Source: an uncultured Victivallaceae bacterium
Lineage (GTDB): Bacteria > Verrucomicrobiota > Lentisphaeria > Victivallales > Victivallaceae
Length of the DNA stretch: 64,000 nucleotides
NCBI GenBank assembly: GCA_964512385.1
Contig: CAZEHZ010000001.1
Span: forward strand, 60,963 to 124,962
Reading direction: 5' to 3'
Below, one piece after another: positions 43,099 to 52,251 of the stretch. Below the pieces are notes generated by a model. It did no database searches. It saw only the letters and a program-made list of their open reading frames with translations, and was not told the origin of the DNA. The translations under genes were made by a program, and so were the position numbers. Numbering within the stretch: position 1 is the stretch's first letter; every line of letters starts with the position of its first letter.

Positions 43099-44175
43099 AT
43101 GAACTTATATGCAGTAATTATGGCCGGCGGCAGAGGCGAAAGATTCTGGCCGATGGGCAGACGGGACGTACCTAAACAGTTGCTGAAACTGGCCGGAACA
43201 TCCACCATGATTGAAAGTACCGTTCTGCGGCTGTTCCCGCTGATCCCGCCGGAACGGGTCATTGTGATTACCAATCTGCAGTATGTGGCGCAAATTCAAG
43301 AGGTGTTACCGATTCCGCCGGAAAATGTTATCGGCGAACCGGAAGGACGGGATACCGCTCCGTGCGTGGCGTTGGCCGCCGCGCTGATTCGCCGCAAAGA
43401 TCCGTCGGCAGACGCCACGATGGTACTGCTCCCCGCCGACCATGTGATTAAACCCGCCAAGGCGCTTCAGCAGGTGCTTAAAGACTGTGCCGAACTCGCT
43501 CAACAGGGCGGCTTGGTAACCATCGGCATTAAACCGACCGAACCGGCCACCGGATACGGTTATATTCACTGCGGCGAAGCGGTGGATGTACCTTTAAAAA
43601 CTAACTTTAACCGGGTTCTGGGATTTAGAGAAAAGCCCGACGAAGTAACCGCCAACCGCTTTTTGGCCACCGGGAATTTTCGCTGGAACAGCGGCATGTT
43701 TATCTGGCGGGTAAATACCATTGTACAGGAATTTCAACGCCAGAATCTTGGCATGTTTAAACTGTATCAAACTTTAGTGGAGGCTCAGGAAGCTGAGTTT
43801 AATCAGGTTTTGGCCGCCGAATTTAAGAAATGTGATAAGATTTCCATCGATTATGCCGTAATGGAAAACGCCGCCAATATCTCGGTGGCGGAAAGTACGT
43901 TTTTTTGGGACGATATCGGCAGCTGGACGTCTCTGCGGCGCCAGTTCCCCACCGACGCCGGCGGCAATGTGTGCCGGGGACTCACCGCCGTAACCGACAG
44001 CACCAACTGTATTGTGGTTAGCGACGATGAACAGCTTTTAGGCGTAATCGGCATGCACGATACCGTAGTTGTACACTCCGGCAACGCCGTGCTGGTATGC
44101 CCGGTGGCGGAAGTTCAACGGGTGCGGGAGCTGGTTCATGTTCTCGAAGAACGGAAGTTGAACGGATATTATTAG
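43099..44175 (+). CDS. Mannose-1-phosphate guanylyltransferase-like NDP-sugar pyrophosphorylase (no isomerase domain)
   Basis: YAVIMAGGRGERFWPMGRRDVPKQLL, EPEGRDTAP, LPADHVI and GYGYI motifs are typical of the ManC/CpsB N-terminal domain. Confidence 0.8.
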   Translation: MNLYAVIMAGGRGERFWPMGRRDVPKQLLKLAGTSTMIESTVLRLFPLIPPERVIVITNLQYVAQIQEVLPIPPENVIGEPEGRDTAPCVALAAALIRRKDPSADATMVLLPADHVIKPAKALQQVLKDCAELAQQGGLVTIGIKPTEPATGYGYIHCGEAVDVPLKTNFNRVLGFREKPDEVTANRFLATGNFRWNSGMFIWRVNTIVQEFQRQNLGMFKLYQTLVEAQEAEFNQVLAAEFKKCDKISIDYAVMENAANISVAESTFFWDDIGSWTSLRRQFPTDAGGNVCRGLTAVTDSTNCIVVSDDEQLLGVIGMHDTVVVHSGNAVLVCPVAEVQRVRELVHVLEERKLNGYY

Positions 44176-44249
44176 AAAAAATTAGCTTAACGCATTTGAA
44201 TATCTGCGTTTCGTCATGTATGTTACAAGCAATGAAAGTAGAGGGTAAC

Positions 44250-45731
44250 ATGACGGTAAAATTTGAAAAATTTAAAGAATATCTGGGCGGTCTGATTATT
44301 GAGGAGCGCAATTCGTTTCCGGAAGAGTTCTCCACCGCCAACGTTAAAGCGGATAAACTGACTCCGGGAAGTCTGTTTGTGGCGTTCGATGATGAGGAAA
44401 ATGACGGATTAGAGCATATTCAAGATGCTATTAACGCCGGCGCCGTTGCCATTGCAACCACTGAAGCATGTGGCAGTTTACCCAAAGCGGCTCAGAATTT
44501 GGGCTATTTGCAAATTAACAAACCTACGCTGTTCGCCGCTAAAACCGCTGAACTGTTCGCCGGGTTTCCGGCCGATATATTGAAGTTATATGCCATTACC
44601 GGTACTAACGGCAAAACTACCTCCGCCATGCTGCTGCATCAGATTTTACAGCAGCATTACGGCGCCGCCGGATTGATTTCCACCATCGGATGCGACTCCG
44701 GCGGATTGTTCCGGCAGACCGGATACACCACTCCGCCGCCGTTTATGACGCAGGAGCTGTTTACCGACATGATAAAACATAATATCCGCGCCGCCGCTCT
44801 GGAAAATTCCAGCCACGGACTGGATCAATACCGCACCGGAAGTGCAAAATTTGTTGCGGCGATTTTTACCAATCTTACCGGCGACCATTTGGATTATCAT
44901 AAAAACATGGATAATTATTTTGCCGCTAAAGCACGCATGTTCACCGAGTTAGTGGTTCCGGAAGGCGTGGCCGTTATTAATATTGACGACGCCTGGGGCG
45001 AACAACTCGCCACGATGAGCAAGGCCGCCGGCAACCGGGTGGCGACGTTCGGCCAAAAAGAGTCGGCCGATTATCGGATTTTAAATGTCTGCTGCTCCGC
45101 CGCTAACTCCAGTTACGATTTACAGAGCGACGATCAGGGCCTGTTACATATTATTACGCCATTATGCGGCGAACATAACGTTTACAATACCGCCGGGGTT
45201 GCCATTGCCGCCATTGAAACCGGCATTCCATGTGCCGAAGTTGTGGGGGCGCTGGCCGCCGATGTGCAGATTCCGGGGCGGCTTGAGCATTTAAGCAATG
45301 GCCGCATTGACTGCTATGTGGACTATGCGCATACCGATGATGCGTTGGCACGGGTGCTGAAAGCGGTAAAGCCTTGGTGCCGTGGAAAATTGATTGTGGT
45401 GTTCGGCTGCGGCGGCGACCGCGACCGCTCTAAACGACCCCGCATGGGCAAGGTGGCGGCGCAGTTGGCGGATAGAATTGTGATTACCAGCGACAATCCC
45501 CGCACCGAAGACCCCGGAAAAATTATTCAGGATATTTTACCCGGTATACCGGAGGGTATAAAATACTATGTGCAACCGGATCGCCGGGAAGCGATAAAAT
45601 TCGCCATTGTCGAATTGGCCCGCCCCGGAGATGTGGTGATTATTGCCGGAAAAGGACATGAAACTTATCAGGAAATTAATGCGGTTCGGACTCATTTTGA
45701 CGACCGCGAGGAGGCATGGAGATGGCTTTAA
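44250..45731 (+). CDS. murE: UDP-MurNAc-L-Ala-D-Glu:meso-DAP ligase
   Basis: ITGTNGKTT, NSSHGLDQ, DYAHTDDAL, GCGGDRDRSKRP and TSDNPRTEDP (DNPR is DAP-type). ATG 44250 has GAGGG upstream. The longer ORF from 44097 overlaps the upstream gene. Confidence 0.9.
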   Translation: MTVKFEKFKEYLGGLIIEERNSFPEEFSTANVKADKLTPGSLFVAFDDEENDGLEHIQDAINAGAVAIATTEACGSLPKAAQNLGYLQINKPTLFAAKTAELFAGFPADILKLYAITGTNGKTTSAMLLHQILQQHYGAAGLISTIGCDSGGLFRQTGYTTPPPFMTQELFTDMIKHNIRAAALENSSHGLDQYRTGSAKFVAAIFTNLTGDHLDYHKNMDNYFAAKARMFTELVVPEGVAVINIDDAWGEQLATMSKAAGNRVATFGQKESADYRILNVCCSAANSSYDLQSDDQGLLHIITPLCGEHNVYNTAGVAIAAIETGIPCAEVVGALAADVQIPGRLEHLSNGRIDCYVDYAHTDDALARVLKAVKPWCRGKLIVVFGCGGDRDRSKRPRMGKVAAQLADRIVITSDNPRTEDPGKIIQDILPGIPEGIKYYVQPDRREAIKFAIVELARPGDVVIIAGKGHETYQEINAVRTHFDDREEAWRWL

Positions 45732-46717
45732 ATTTTAAACTGGCGGCAGTGGCCGCCCTCTTGGCCGGAGCAATTTCAATTCAGGCGGCTTACTACCCCA
45801 TGTGGTTGACTCCGGTTAATGCGGAAGATGTTGGCGTACAGTTAATGCAGAATGCCGGAAATAATCTGGCCAGCTGGAAATCTACCTTAAGCAAGTTAAG
45901 GTTCAATATCGAAAACTACCCGGAAAGCCCCAATCGCTGGTGGTATGCCGCTCAGTTGGCCGACGGATTATATGAAATTAATGAACTGGAACCGGCGATA
46001 ACCTGGTATAAGGTTTTAGAAAATCTGCCCGACTCCACCACTATGGCTAAGTTACCGGGCATGGAAAATGCCGAAGCCGCTCATACCACCGGCCGTTTGG
46101 GGCTGGCTCGCTGTTACGTACAGCTGGGAGACACCATTAATGCGGTAAAATATATTAACGCCATTCTGCCACGCCATGACGCCGATCGGGTTATGCTGGC
46201 CGAACTGCAGTTCCAGCTGAATCGACGCAACGCCGCTCTGAAACTTTTACAGGAAACCGAAGGCGTTAATATTACGGATAATGCCCTGAAATTACGCATG
46301 GTGCAAATGTATCGGGCAATGAAAATGTATCCGGCGGCCAATCAACTGTTGACCTCGGTAGTGAACAGTACCGGCAATTCTCCGGCAGACGTCGCCATGC
46401 GTAAGCAGGCTAAGGATTTACTGCGTTTTGCTCAATTTCCGCACTCCACCAACTGGGCGGACGGGCGATTTGAAGGCACGGCGGAAACCGCCGACGGCAA
46501 ATTGACGCTGGAAGTTACCATTAAAAACGGCGGAATTGAACGCATAACCTATCAGTCCAAACCAACCAGAACGCCGTGGAGTGCATACGAATCAATGACT
46601 CGACGCATTATTCGGGATAAGTATTTAGTGGTTGACCCCGTAATCGGAGCCGAAGAGACCTGCGGCGCAATTCAAACCGCACTGTTTATGGCCTTGAACA
46701 AGGCCAGACGGAATTAA
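45722..46717 (+). CDS. Secreted TPR-like protein with degenerate C-terminal FMN_bind-like domain
   Basis: Signal peptide (AAVAALLAGAISIQA) and helical repeat region. The C-terminal GRFEGTAE...LTLEVTIKNGGIERITY...VDPVIGAEETCGAIQTAL resembles the FMN-binding domain but lacks the [ST]GA[ST] acceptor. Confidence 0.45.
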   Translation: MALNFKLAAVAALLAGAISIQAAYYPMWLTPVNAEDVGVQLMQNAGNNLASWKSTLSKLRFNIENYPESPNRWWYAAQLADGLYEINELEPAITWYKVLENLPDSTTMAKLPGMENAEAAHTTGRLGLARCYVQLGDTINAVKYINAILPRHDADRVMLAELQFQLNRRNAALKLLQETEGVNITDNALKLRMVQMYRAMKMYPAANQLLTSVVNSTGNSPADVAMRKQAKDLLRFAQFPHSTNWADGRFEGTAETADGKLTLEVTIKNGGIERITYQSKPTRTPWSAYESMTRRIIRDKYLVVDPVIGAEETCGAIQTALFMALNKARRN

Positions 46718-46751
46718 TGAGTTACCATTAAAATGGAGCGACAGTTATAAA

Positions 46752-47420
46752 ATGGCCAATATTTTTAATCGCAAGGCGTTGGCCCGGGTTAAGCAGGCGT
46801 TGTGGCGGAGCGGACGCAATGAAGCGAAAAATCCGGCACAGATTGACTATTTAGTCAAAATGAATCTTCCGCCGCTGCTCGGCAGACGCAACGCCATCTA
46901 TACTCAGGCGGTACGACTGCTGAAGTCTGACATGTTTTCCATCCCGGATTTGGAACGGCTGGAGCTGTTGAACGGATGCGTGAACCTTTTGGACGAAGCG
47001 ATTAACAATACAGAAGCCATTATTATTACCCTGAGCAATGCCGATACCGCCGCCAGAGAACGGCAGTTTTTAGCGTTTATGGAGATGTTGCGGGATTTAG
47101 TCGATGCCGCATCTCGCTTAACGACTTTCGGCGATAATTTGGAGCGGGACAGCCGGGCAATGACCAAGTTCTTAGGGGCGGAATTTAATAAAACATTCAA
47201 CAAACATCAGAACTCGCTTAATACTTGCGAATTACATATTATCAGCAGTGCGCAGGAGATGGCCAAAAATGCCGACTCCGCCATTAAACGCTACTGGGAT
47301 TACACGCAAAGCAGCTTTAATCAGCATAATGCCCAGCGGTATCAGCACTCGTTTGAACGCACCAGAGCAATATACTTTTCGGCGGCGACCGATAAACCGC
47401 TGCCGCCGGAGGGGTGGTGA
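46752..47420 (+). CDS. Hypothetical all-helical protein
   Basis: 222-aa ORF in an operon-like context. No motif recognised. Confidence 0.45.
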   Translation: MANIFNRKALARVKQALWRSGRNEAKNPAQIDYLVKMNLPPLLGRRNAIYTQAVRLLKSDMFSIPDLERLELLNGCVNLLDEAINNTEAIIITLSNADTAARERQFLAFMEMLRDLVDAASRLTTFGDNLERDSRAMTKFLGAEFNKTFNKHQNSLNTCELHIISSAQEMAKNADSAIKRYWDYTQSSFNQHNAQRYQHSFERTRAIYFSAATDKPLPPEGW

Positions 47421-47422
47421 GC

Positions 47423-47830
47423 ATGACCGGTAAAGTTAAATGTCTGCACTGCGGCAGTGAAACCGTACCACGGAAAAAAAACGTGATGAATGACGATTTC
47501 AGCCATTCGGAACAATGGCTCTGCATGTTCTGCGGTAAGGAGTTGACCATGCCGGAACTGGCGGCGGAGACTCCGGCGGCAGATGATGAGAATATGGCAA
47601 AACTCAACTCGCTACTGGGCGAAAAACTGCCGGATAAGTCGATAAAAGGGTTTGCCGAAGCGGAAATCGGCAACGCAGAACGGCGGTTTTGCCGGGACTG
47701 CGCCGAATATGTGGCGCATCCGTTTTTGTCGCGCTGCAATAAAAAGCAAATCAACGTCTGCCCAATGGATGATTGCGCCGAATTTGTTTTGCGTAAAATG
47801 AATGATGGAGATAAACAGGATGGAAAATAA
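47423..47830 (+). CDS. Hypothetical double zinc-ribbon protein
   Basis: CLHCGS...x29...CMFCGK and CRDCAEY...C...C...C clusters. GGAGGGG SD 8 nt upstream of ATG 47423. Confidence 0.5.
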   Translation: MTGKVKCLHCGSETVPRKKNVMNDDFSHSEQWLCMFCGKELTMPELAAETPAADDENMAKLNSLLGEKLPDKSIKGFAEAEIGNAERRFCRDCAEYVAHPFLSRCNKKQINVCPMDDCAEFVLRKMNDGDKQDGK

Positions 47831-48494
47831 TTTATCCTCTAAACGGATAGTTCGCCGTAAAATGTTGGCCGATATTGATATATATCCGGTGATTTCATCG
47901 GAGTTCACCAACGGCAGAGACTCGGTGGAGATTCTGAAAATGGTGGCCGACGGCGGCGCAAAAATTGTACAGCTTAGAGAAAAACACCGCACCAAAGCCG
48001 AGATTTTTCGACTGGCGGAGGTGTATCGGAATATTACCGCTGAATATCAGATGCTGTTGATTATCAACGACCATGCCGATATCGCCGCCGCCGTGGACGC
48101 CGATGGCGTGCATTTAGGCCAGGACGATTTGCCGCTGGCCGCCGCCAGATCCGTTTTTCCGGACTTGATTTTAGGATGTTCCACCCATAATATCCCCGAA
48201 GCGGTAAAGGCCGAACAGGACGGATGCGATTATTTGAATATCGGCCCGATTTACGCTACTCAAACTAAAGAGTTAAGCATGGCGCCGTTAGGTCTGGAAA
48301 CTTTAGATGCGGTGAAAAGTCATATCCATGTGCCGTTTACCGTTATGGGCGGAATTAAATTACATCATTTACCCGAATTGGCGAAACACGGCGCCGGCAA
48401 AGTGGCGATGGTTACTGAAATTACCCGTGCCGAAAATGTCATAAAAACCGTTCAGGAACTCAGAGCGGCAATTTTAAATCATAAACAAAGTTGA
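47820..48494 (+). CDS. thiE: Thiamine-phosphate synthase
   Basis: IYPVIS..., VQLREK, INDHADIAAAVDADGVHLGQDD, GCSTHN and MGGI motifs. The start is uncertain among 47802, 47820 and 47862. Confidence 0.85.
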   Translation: MENNLSSKRIVRRKMLADIDIYPVISSEFTNGRDSVEILKMVADGGAKIVQLREKHRTKAEIFRLAEVYRNITAEYQMLLIINDHADIAAAVDADGVHLGQDDLPLAAARSVFPDLILGCSTHNIPEAVKAEQDGCDYLNIGPIYATQTKELSMAPLGLETLDAVKSHIHVPFTVMGGIKLHHLPELAKHGAGKVAMVTEITRAENVIKTVQELRAAILNHKQS

Positions 48495-48498
48495 TGAA

Positions 48499-49578
48499 AT
48501 GAAAATATTAAACTGGTATGTTACCAAAAACTTTTTAATCACGTTCTGCATGTCTATCGGCATCATAACGTTCTGCATGATCGGCGCCCGCTTGGTGCAG
48601 GTGTTGGAATATGTGGCCAAGGGGGTGCCGCTGGCGACGTTCGGCACGTTTATTCTGTATACTTTGCCAATCGTATTAACGTTTACGATTCCGTTGTCGA
48701 TTTTAGTATCCATTATGCTGGTGTTCGGGCGAATGTCGGCGGATTCAGAAATTACCGCCATGCGAGCGTGCGGGATATCAATTCTACAGTTGGTTTCGCC
48801 GATTCTGATTATAACATCCATGTTGACGGCGTTATGTTTGTATCTGCAAGTGGAGCTGGGGCCGCCGTTGCTGGAAAAAACCCGCAGTCTGTTTGAAAAT
48901 GCGGCCATGGATCAACCCATGGCGTTGTTTAAGCCCGGCGAAAGCATTACTCAAGGCAATTATACCTTGTATGTAGACGATATTACTGCGGATAATGAAC
49001 TGACCAGCGTTCAGATTTTTGAACTTTCCAATAACCAGATTACCGACTTTAGAGCCGAACGCGGCAGAGTGGATGTGGATAAGGAGAATGAAGTCTTTAA
49101 CGTGGTTATGTATAACTGCGAAAGCGTATTGTATCTGGACGGCCAACAGATTCATGCCAAAGCCGGCGATATGCGGTTTACTTTTGACTACGGCAAAGAA
49201 CGCAATTTCCGTAACATTGCGCAACGATATAAATTTATGACCATGAGCAATTTAATGGCCGCCATCCGGATATACAAAGCCGACGGCCGGGAAACTTGCG
49301 ATTTGGAAGTGGAGCTTAATCAGCGTATTGCGTTTGCGTTGGCTCCGCTGGCGTTTTTACTGCTGGGGATTCCGCTGGCCATTCATACGTCCCGCCGGGA
49401 GACCTCGGTCGGGTTATTTGTGGGGGCGATTGCCGGTGGATTTTTCTTCCTCGCCATTATTTTATGTGAGTCGCTGAGCAGTTACCCCAAATTATATCCG
49501 CAATATTTACTGTGGCTGCCAAATTTGGCCTATCAGATCGCCGGGGCAATTATGGTTTACCGGATAACCCGGAAATAA
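48499..49578 (+). CDS. LptF/LptG-family (YjgP/YjgQ) LPS export permease
   Basis: MKILNWYVTKNFLITF... N-terminus. 3 TM, then a periplasmic beta-jellyroll region, then 3 TM. 359 aa. Confidence 0.8.
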   Translation: MKILNWYVTKNFLITFCMSIGIITFCMIGARLVQVLEYVAKGVPLATFGTFILYTLPIVLTFTIPLSILVSIMLVFGRMSADSEITAMRACGISILQLVSPILIITSMLTALCLYLQVELGPPLLEKTRSLFENAAMDQPMALFKPGESITQGNYTLYVDDITADNELTSVQIFELSNNQITDFRAERGRVDVDKENEVFNVVMYNCESVLYLDGQQIHAKAGDMRFTFDYGKERNFRNIAQRYKFMTMSNLMAAIRIYKADGRETCDLEVELNQRIAFALAPLAFLLLGIPLAIHTSRRETSVGLFVGAIAGGFFFLAIILCESLSSYPKLYPQYLLWLPNLAYQIAGAIMVYRITRK

Positions 49579-49591
49579 TTGGAGCTTGACC

Positions 49592-51427
49592 ATGGGCCGC
49601 AACACATATTTAAATATCATTTTAACCCTGCTCACGCTGATAGTGGCGTTTTTTGCCTGGCAGATTCTGGCTTCGCTGGATCGGGTGCGCTTCAGTAATG
49701 AAAAACTGCTGGAGGCGGTTCGGCAGATGCCGCAGAATAATGCCTCCTATGCCGCCACCGCCACTCCGGTGCCTACGGCGGAGGGCGATTTTGCCAATGC
49801 AGAGTTCTTTGCCCCCGATGCCGTACCGGGCGACCGCTTTGTTACTGCCATCGGTGCGGATATGGCCAACTTGAATACGCTGATTTGCAACGACGCCGGT
49901 TTGAGCCGCATTGCCGGATTCTGCAACACCGCATTGGGGGAACGCAACTATGCCAAACCGGAAAAGTTTGAACCGATTTTAGCCGAAGAGGTAATTCCGT
50001 CGGATGACCATTTGAGTTACCGTGTGAAGTTGTGCAAAAATATTAAATGGCACGATTTTACCGATCCGGTTACCAATCGCCAGTTTAAAGATGTGCCGGT
50101 TACCGCTTATGATTTTCAATTCTTTTTTGACGTGGTGAATAATCCCGACGTCAACTGCGCTCCGGTTCGCTCCTTATTCGGCGCCATGACCGGAATTGAG
50201 GTGATTAATGATTACGAATTTGTGGTAAAATGGCGGGAACCGTTCTTCCGTACCACCGAATTGACTTGGGGGCTGCAACCGTTGCCCCGCCATTTGTATC
50301 TGCCCGAAGGCGGCGAATTTGACGGTGAAAAATTTAATGATGACCATGTCCGCAACAATATGCTTGTCGGCTGTGGACCGTATAAGTTAAAGGAGTATCA
50401 GAAAAATCGACGCATTGTTTTGGAACGCAATCCCGATTATATCGGCAGTCAATATAAGGCAATGCCAAGTTTACAATATTTGGTGTTTGAAATCGTTGCC
50501 AATCCCAATACCCAGTTCCAAATGCTGACCGCCGGGGAGTTGGATCAACTCGGCTTGACTCCGGAACAGTGGACAGAACGTACTAATACTCCGATGTTTG
50601 CCGAAAACGGGACGCTCCGCAAATACTCCTATACCCGCCCCGCCTATTTTTATATCGGCTGGAATCGCAAAAATGCCTGTTTTCAAGACCGCAAAGTACG
50701 CACGGCACTTACCATGCTCTGTGATCGGGAACGCATTTTAAATGATGTGTTTTCCGGACGGGGGCAAGTCATTTCCGGCCCGTTTTTTGTGAATAGTCCG
50801 GCCTATGACCGGAATATTAAACCGTGGCCGTTTGATGTGGCGGCGGCTCAAAATTTACTGGCGGAAGCCGGTTGGGTGGATGCGGATAATGACGGCGTTT
50901 TAGAGAAAGACGGCCAAAAATTCGTCTTTACGTTAATGTATCCCGCCGACCAGCCGCTTTATGAGCGCATGTTGGCCATCTTTAAAGAGGGGCTGGCTAA
51001 GGCCGGAATCGATATGCGGATGCAGGCTTACGAATGGTCGGTGTTTACTCAAAAAGTGGATCAACGCAATTTTGACGCTTACACTATGGGGTGGAGTCTG
51101 CCGGTGGAGGCCGATCCGTTTCAGGTGTGGCACTCGTCGCAGGCCGATACCGAAAGCGGCAGTAATTACATCGATTTTAAAGAACCCGAAGCGGATAATT
51201 TGATTACCGCTATCCGGCGGGAGTTTGACGCAGATAAAAGAATTGAGTTGTGTCATGAGTTTCATCAGTTTATTCATGACGATCAACCATACACGTTTTT
51301 AGTGTCGCCGGATGCGTTGCAGGCGATTTCTAATCGCTATAAGAATTTTAAGCTGTTCTATTTCGGCGTGGCCAACGATTTGTTGTGGACGCCAAAAGCT
51401 CAGCAGAATAACCAGATTGAACAATAA
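49592..51427 (+). CDS. Family 5 (peptide/nickel, OppA/DppA-like) ABC substrate-binding protein, orphan
   Basis: N-terminal anchor. Motifs KWHDF..VTA.D..F and GPYKL..Y......VLERNPDY. About 610 aa. No cognate permease or ATPase genes are adjacent. Confidence 0.75.
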   Translation: MGRNTYLNIILTLLTLIVAFFAWQILASLDRVRFSNEKLLEAVRQMPQNNASYAATATPVPTAEGDFANAEFFAPDAVPGDRFVTAIGADMANLNTLICNDAGLSRIAGFCNTALGERNYAKPEKFEPILAEEVIPSDDHLSYRVKLCKNIKWHDFTDPVTNRQFKDVPVTAYDFQFFFDVVNNPDVNCAPVRSLFGAMTGIEVINDYEFVVKWREPFFRTTELTWGLQPLPRHLYLPEGGEFDGEKFNDDHVRNNMLVGCGPYKLKEYQKNRRIVLERNPDYIGSQYKAMPSLQYLVFEIVANPNTQFQMLTAGELDQLGLTPEQWTERTNTPMFAENGTLRKYSYTRPAYFYIGWNRKNACFQDRKVRTALTMLCDRERILNDVFSGRGQVISGPFFVNSPAYDRNIKPWPFDVAAAQNLLAEAGWVDADNDGVLEKDGQKFVFTLMYPADQPLYERMLAIFKEGLAKAGIDMRMQAYEWSVFTQKVDQRNFDAYTMGWSLPVEADPFQVWHSSQADTESGSNYIDFKEPEADNLITAIRREFDADKRIELCHEFHQFIHDDQPYTFLVSPDALQAISNRYKNFKLFYFGVANDLLWTPKAQQNNQIEQ

Positions 51428-51447
51428 ATAATAAGGAGAATGTTGAT

Positions 51448-52251
51448 ATGTATAAAGTGGCAATTGTTGGTGCGGCCGGCCGCATGGGGCAGAAATTAGT
51501 GGCTAATGTTTCCGCCGCCGAAGATATGCAGGTGTGCGGAGCTTTGGAGATTCCAAATTGTCCGGCGTTAGGCAAGGACGCCGGACTGGTGGCCGGGTGC
51601 GGCGAAACCGGCGTGAAAATTACCGCCGACGCTAATACCGCTTTGGCCGGCGCCGACGCCGTTATCAACTTCAGCACCGCCGGCGTAATTGAAGTTACCC
51701 GGATCGCCGTGACAAATGGCTCGGCGGTGGTTATCGGCACTACGGCGTTGCCGGCGGCGGATAAGCTGGAGTTGGCGGAAATGGCCAAAAACGGCGCCAA
51801 AATCGTCTACTCTTCCAACATGTCGGTGGGGGTTAATCTGCTCTTCCATCTGTGTCGGCAGGTAACTAAGGTTTTAGACGACGACTACGATATCGAAATT
51901 GTGGAAATGCACCATAATCAGAAAAAAGACGCCCCCAGCGGAACCGCTGTAACTCTGGCGGAAATTTTATGCGAAGCCCGTAACTTAAGTTATGAGGATG
52001 ATGTTTTACACGGCCGGATGGGGATGGTGGGGGCAAGAACCAAGAAAGAGATTGGTATGCACTCGCTGCGCGGCGGCGACGTGGTGGGCGATCACACCGT
52101 GATTTTTGCCACCAACGGCGAACGGGTGGAGCTTACTCATAAGGCCTCCAGCCGGGATACTTTTGCCAAGGGCGCCGTGCGTGCCGTGCGATTTTTAATG
52201 AACGCCAAGCCCGGCTTATATGACATGCAGGACGTTTTGAATTTGAAATGA
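51448..52251 (+). CDS. dapB: 4-hydroxy-tetrahydrodipicolinate reductase
   Basis: VAIVGAAGRMG and EIVEMHHNQKKDAPSGTA signatures. Confidence 0.95.
   Translation: MYKVAIVGAAGRMGQKLVANVSAAEDMQVCGALEIPNCPALGKDAGLVAGCGETGVKITADANTALAGADAVINFSTAGVIEVTRIAVTNGSAVVIGTTALPAADKLELAEMAKNGAKIVYSSNMSVGVNLLFHLCRQVTKVLDDDYDIEIVEMHHNQKKDAPSGTAVTLAEILCEARNLSYEDDVLHGRMGMVGARTKKEIGMHSLRGGDVVGDHTVIFATNGERVELTHKASSRDTFAKGAVRAVRFLMNAKPGLYDMQDVLNLK

Noticed and set aside
44097-44249. 51-aa N-terminal extension of MurE overlapping the ManC-like gene
   Set aside because: The extension is Gly/Ser-rich and read from the 3' end of the upstream gene in another frame. ATG 44250 has an SD-like GAGGG and gives a normal MurE N-terminus.
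47700-47830. TPP (THI-box) riboswitch upstream of thiE
   Set aside because: The thiE start overlaps the preceding coding sequence. There is no room for a leader and no CUGAGA/ACCUGA THI-box elements are seen.
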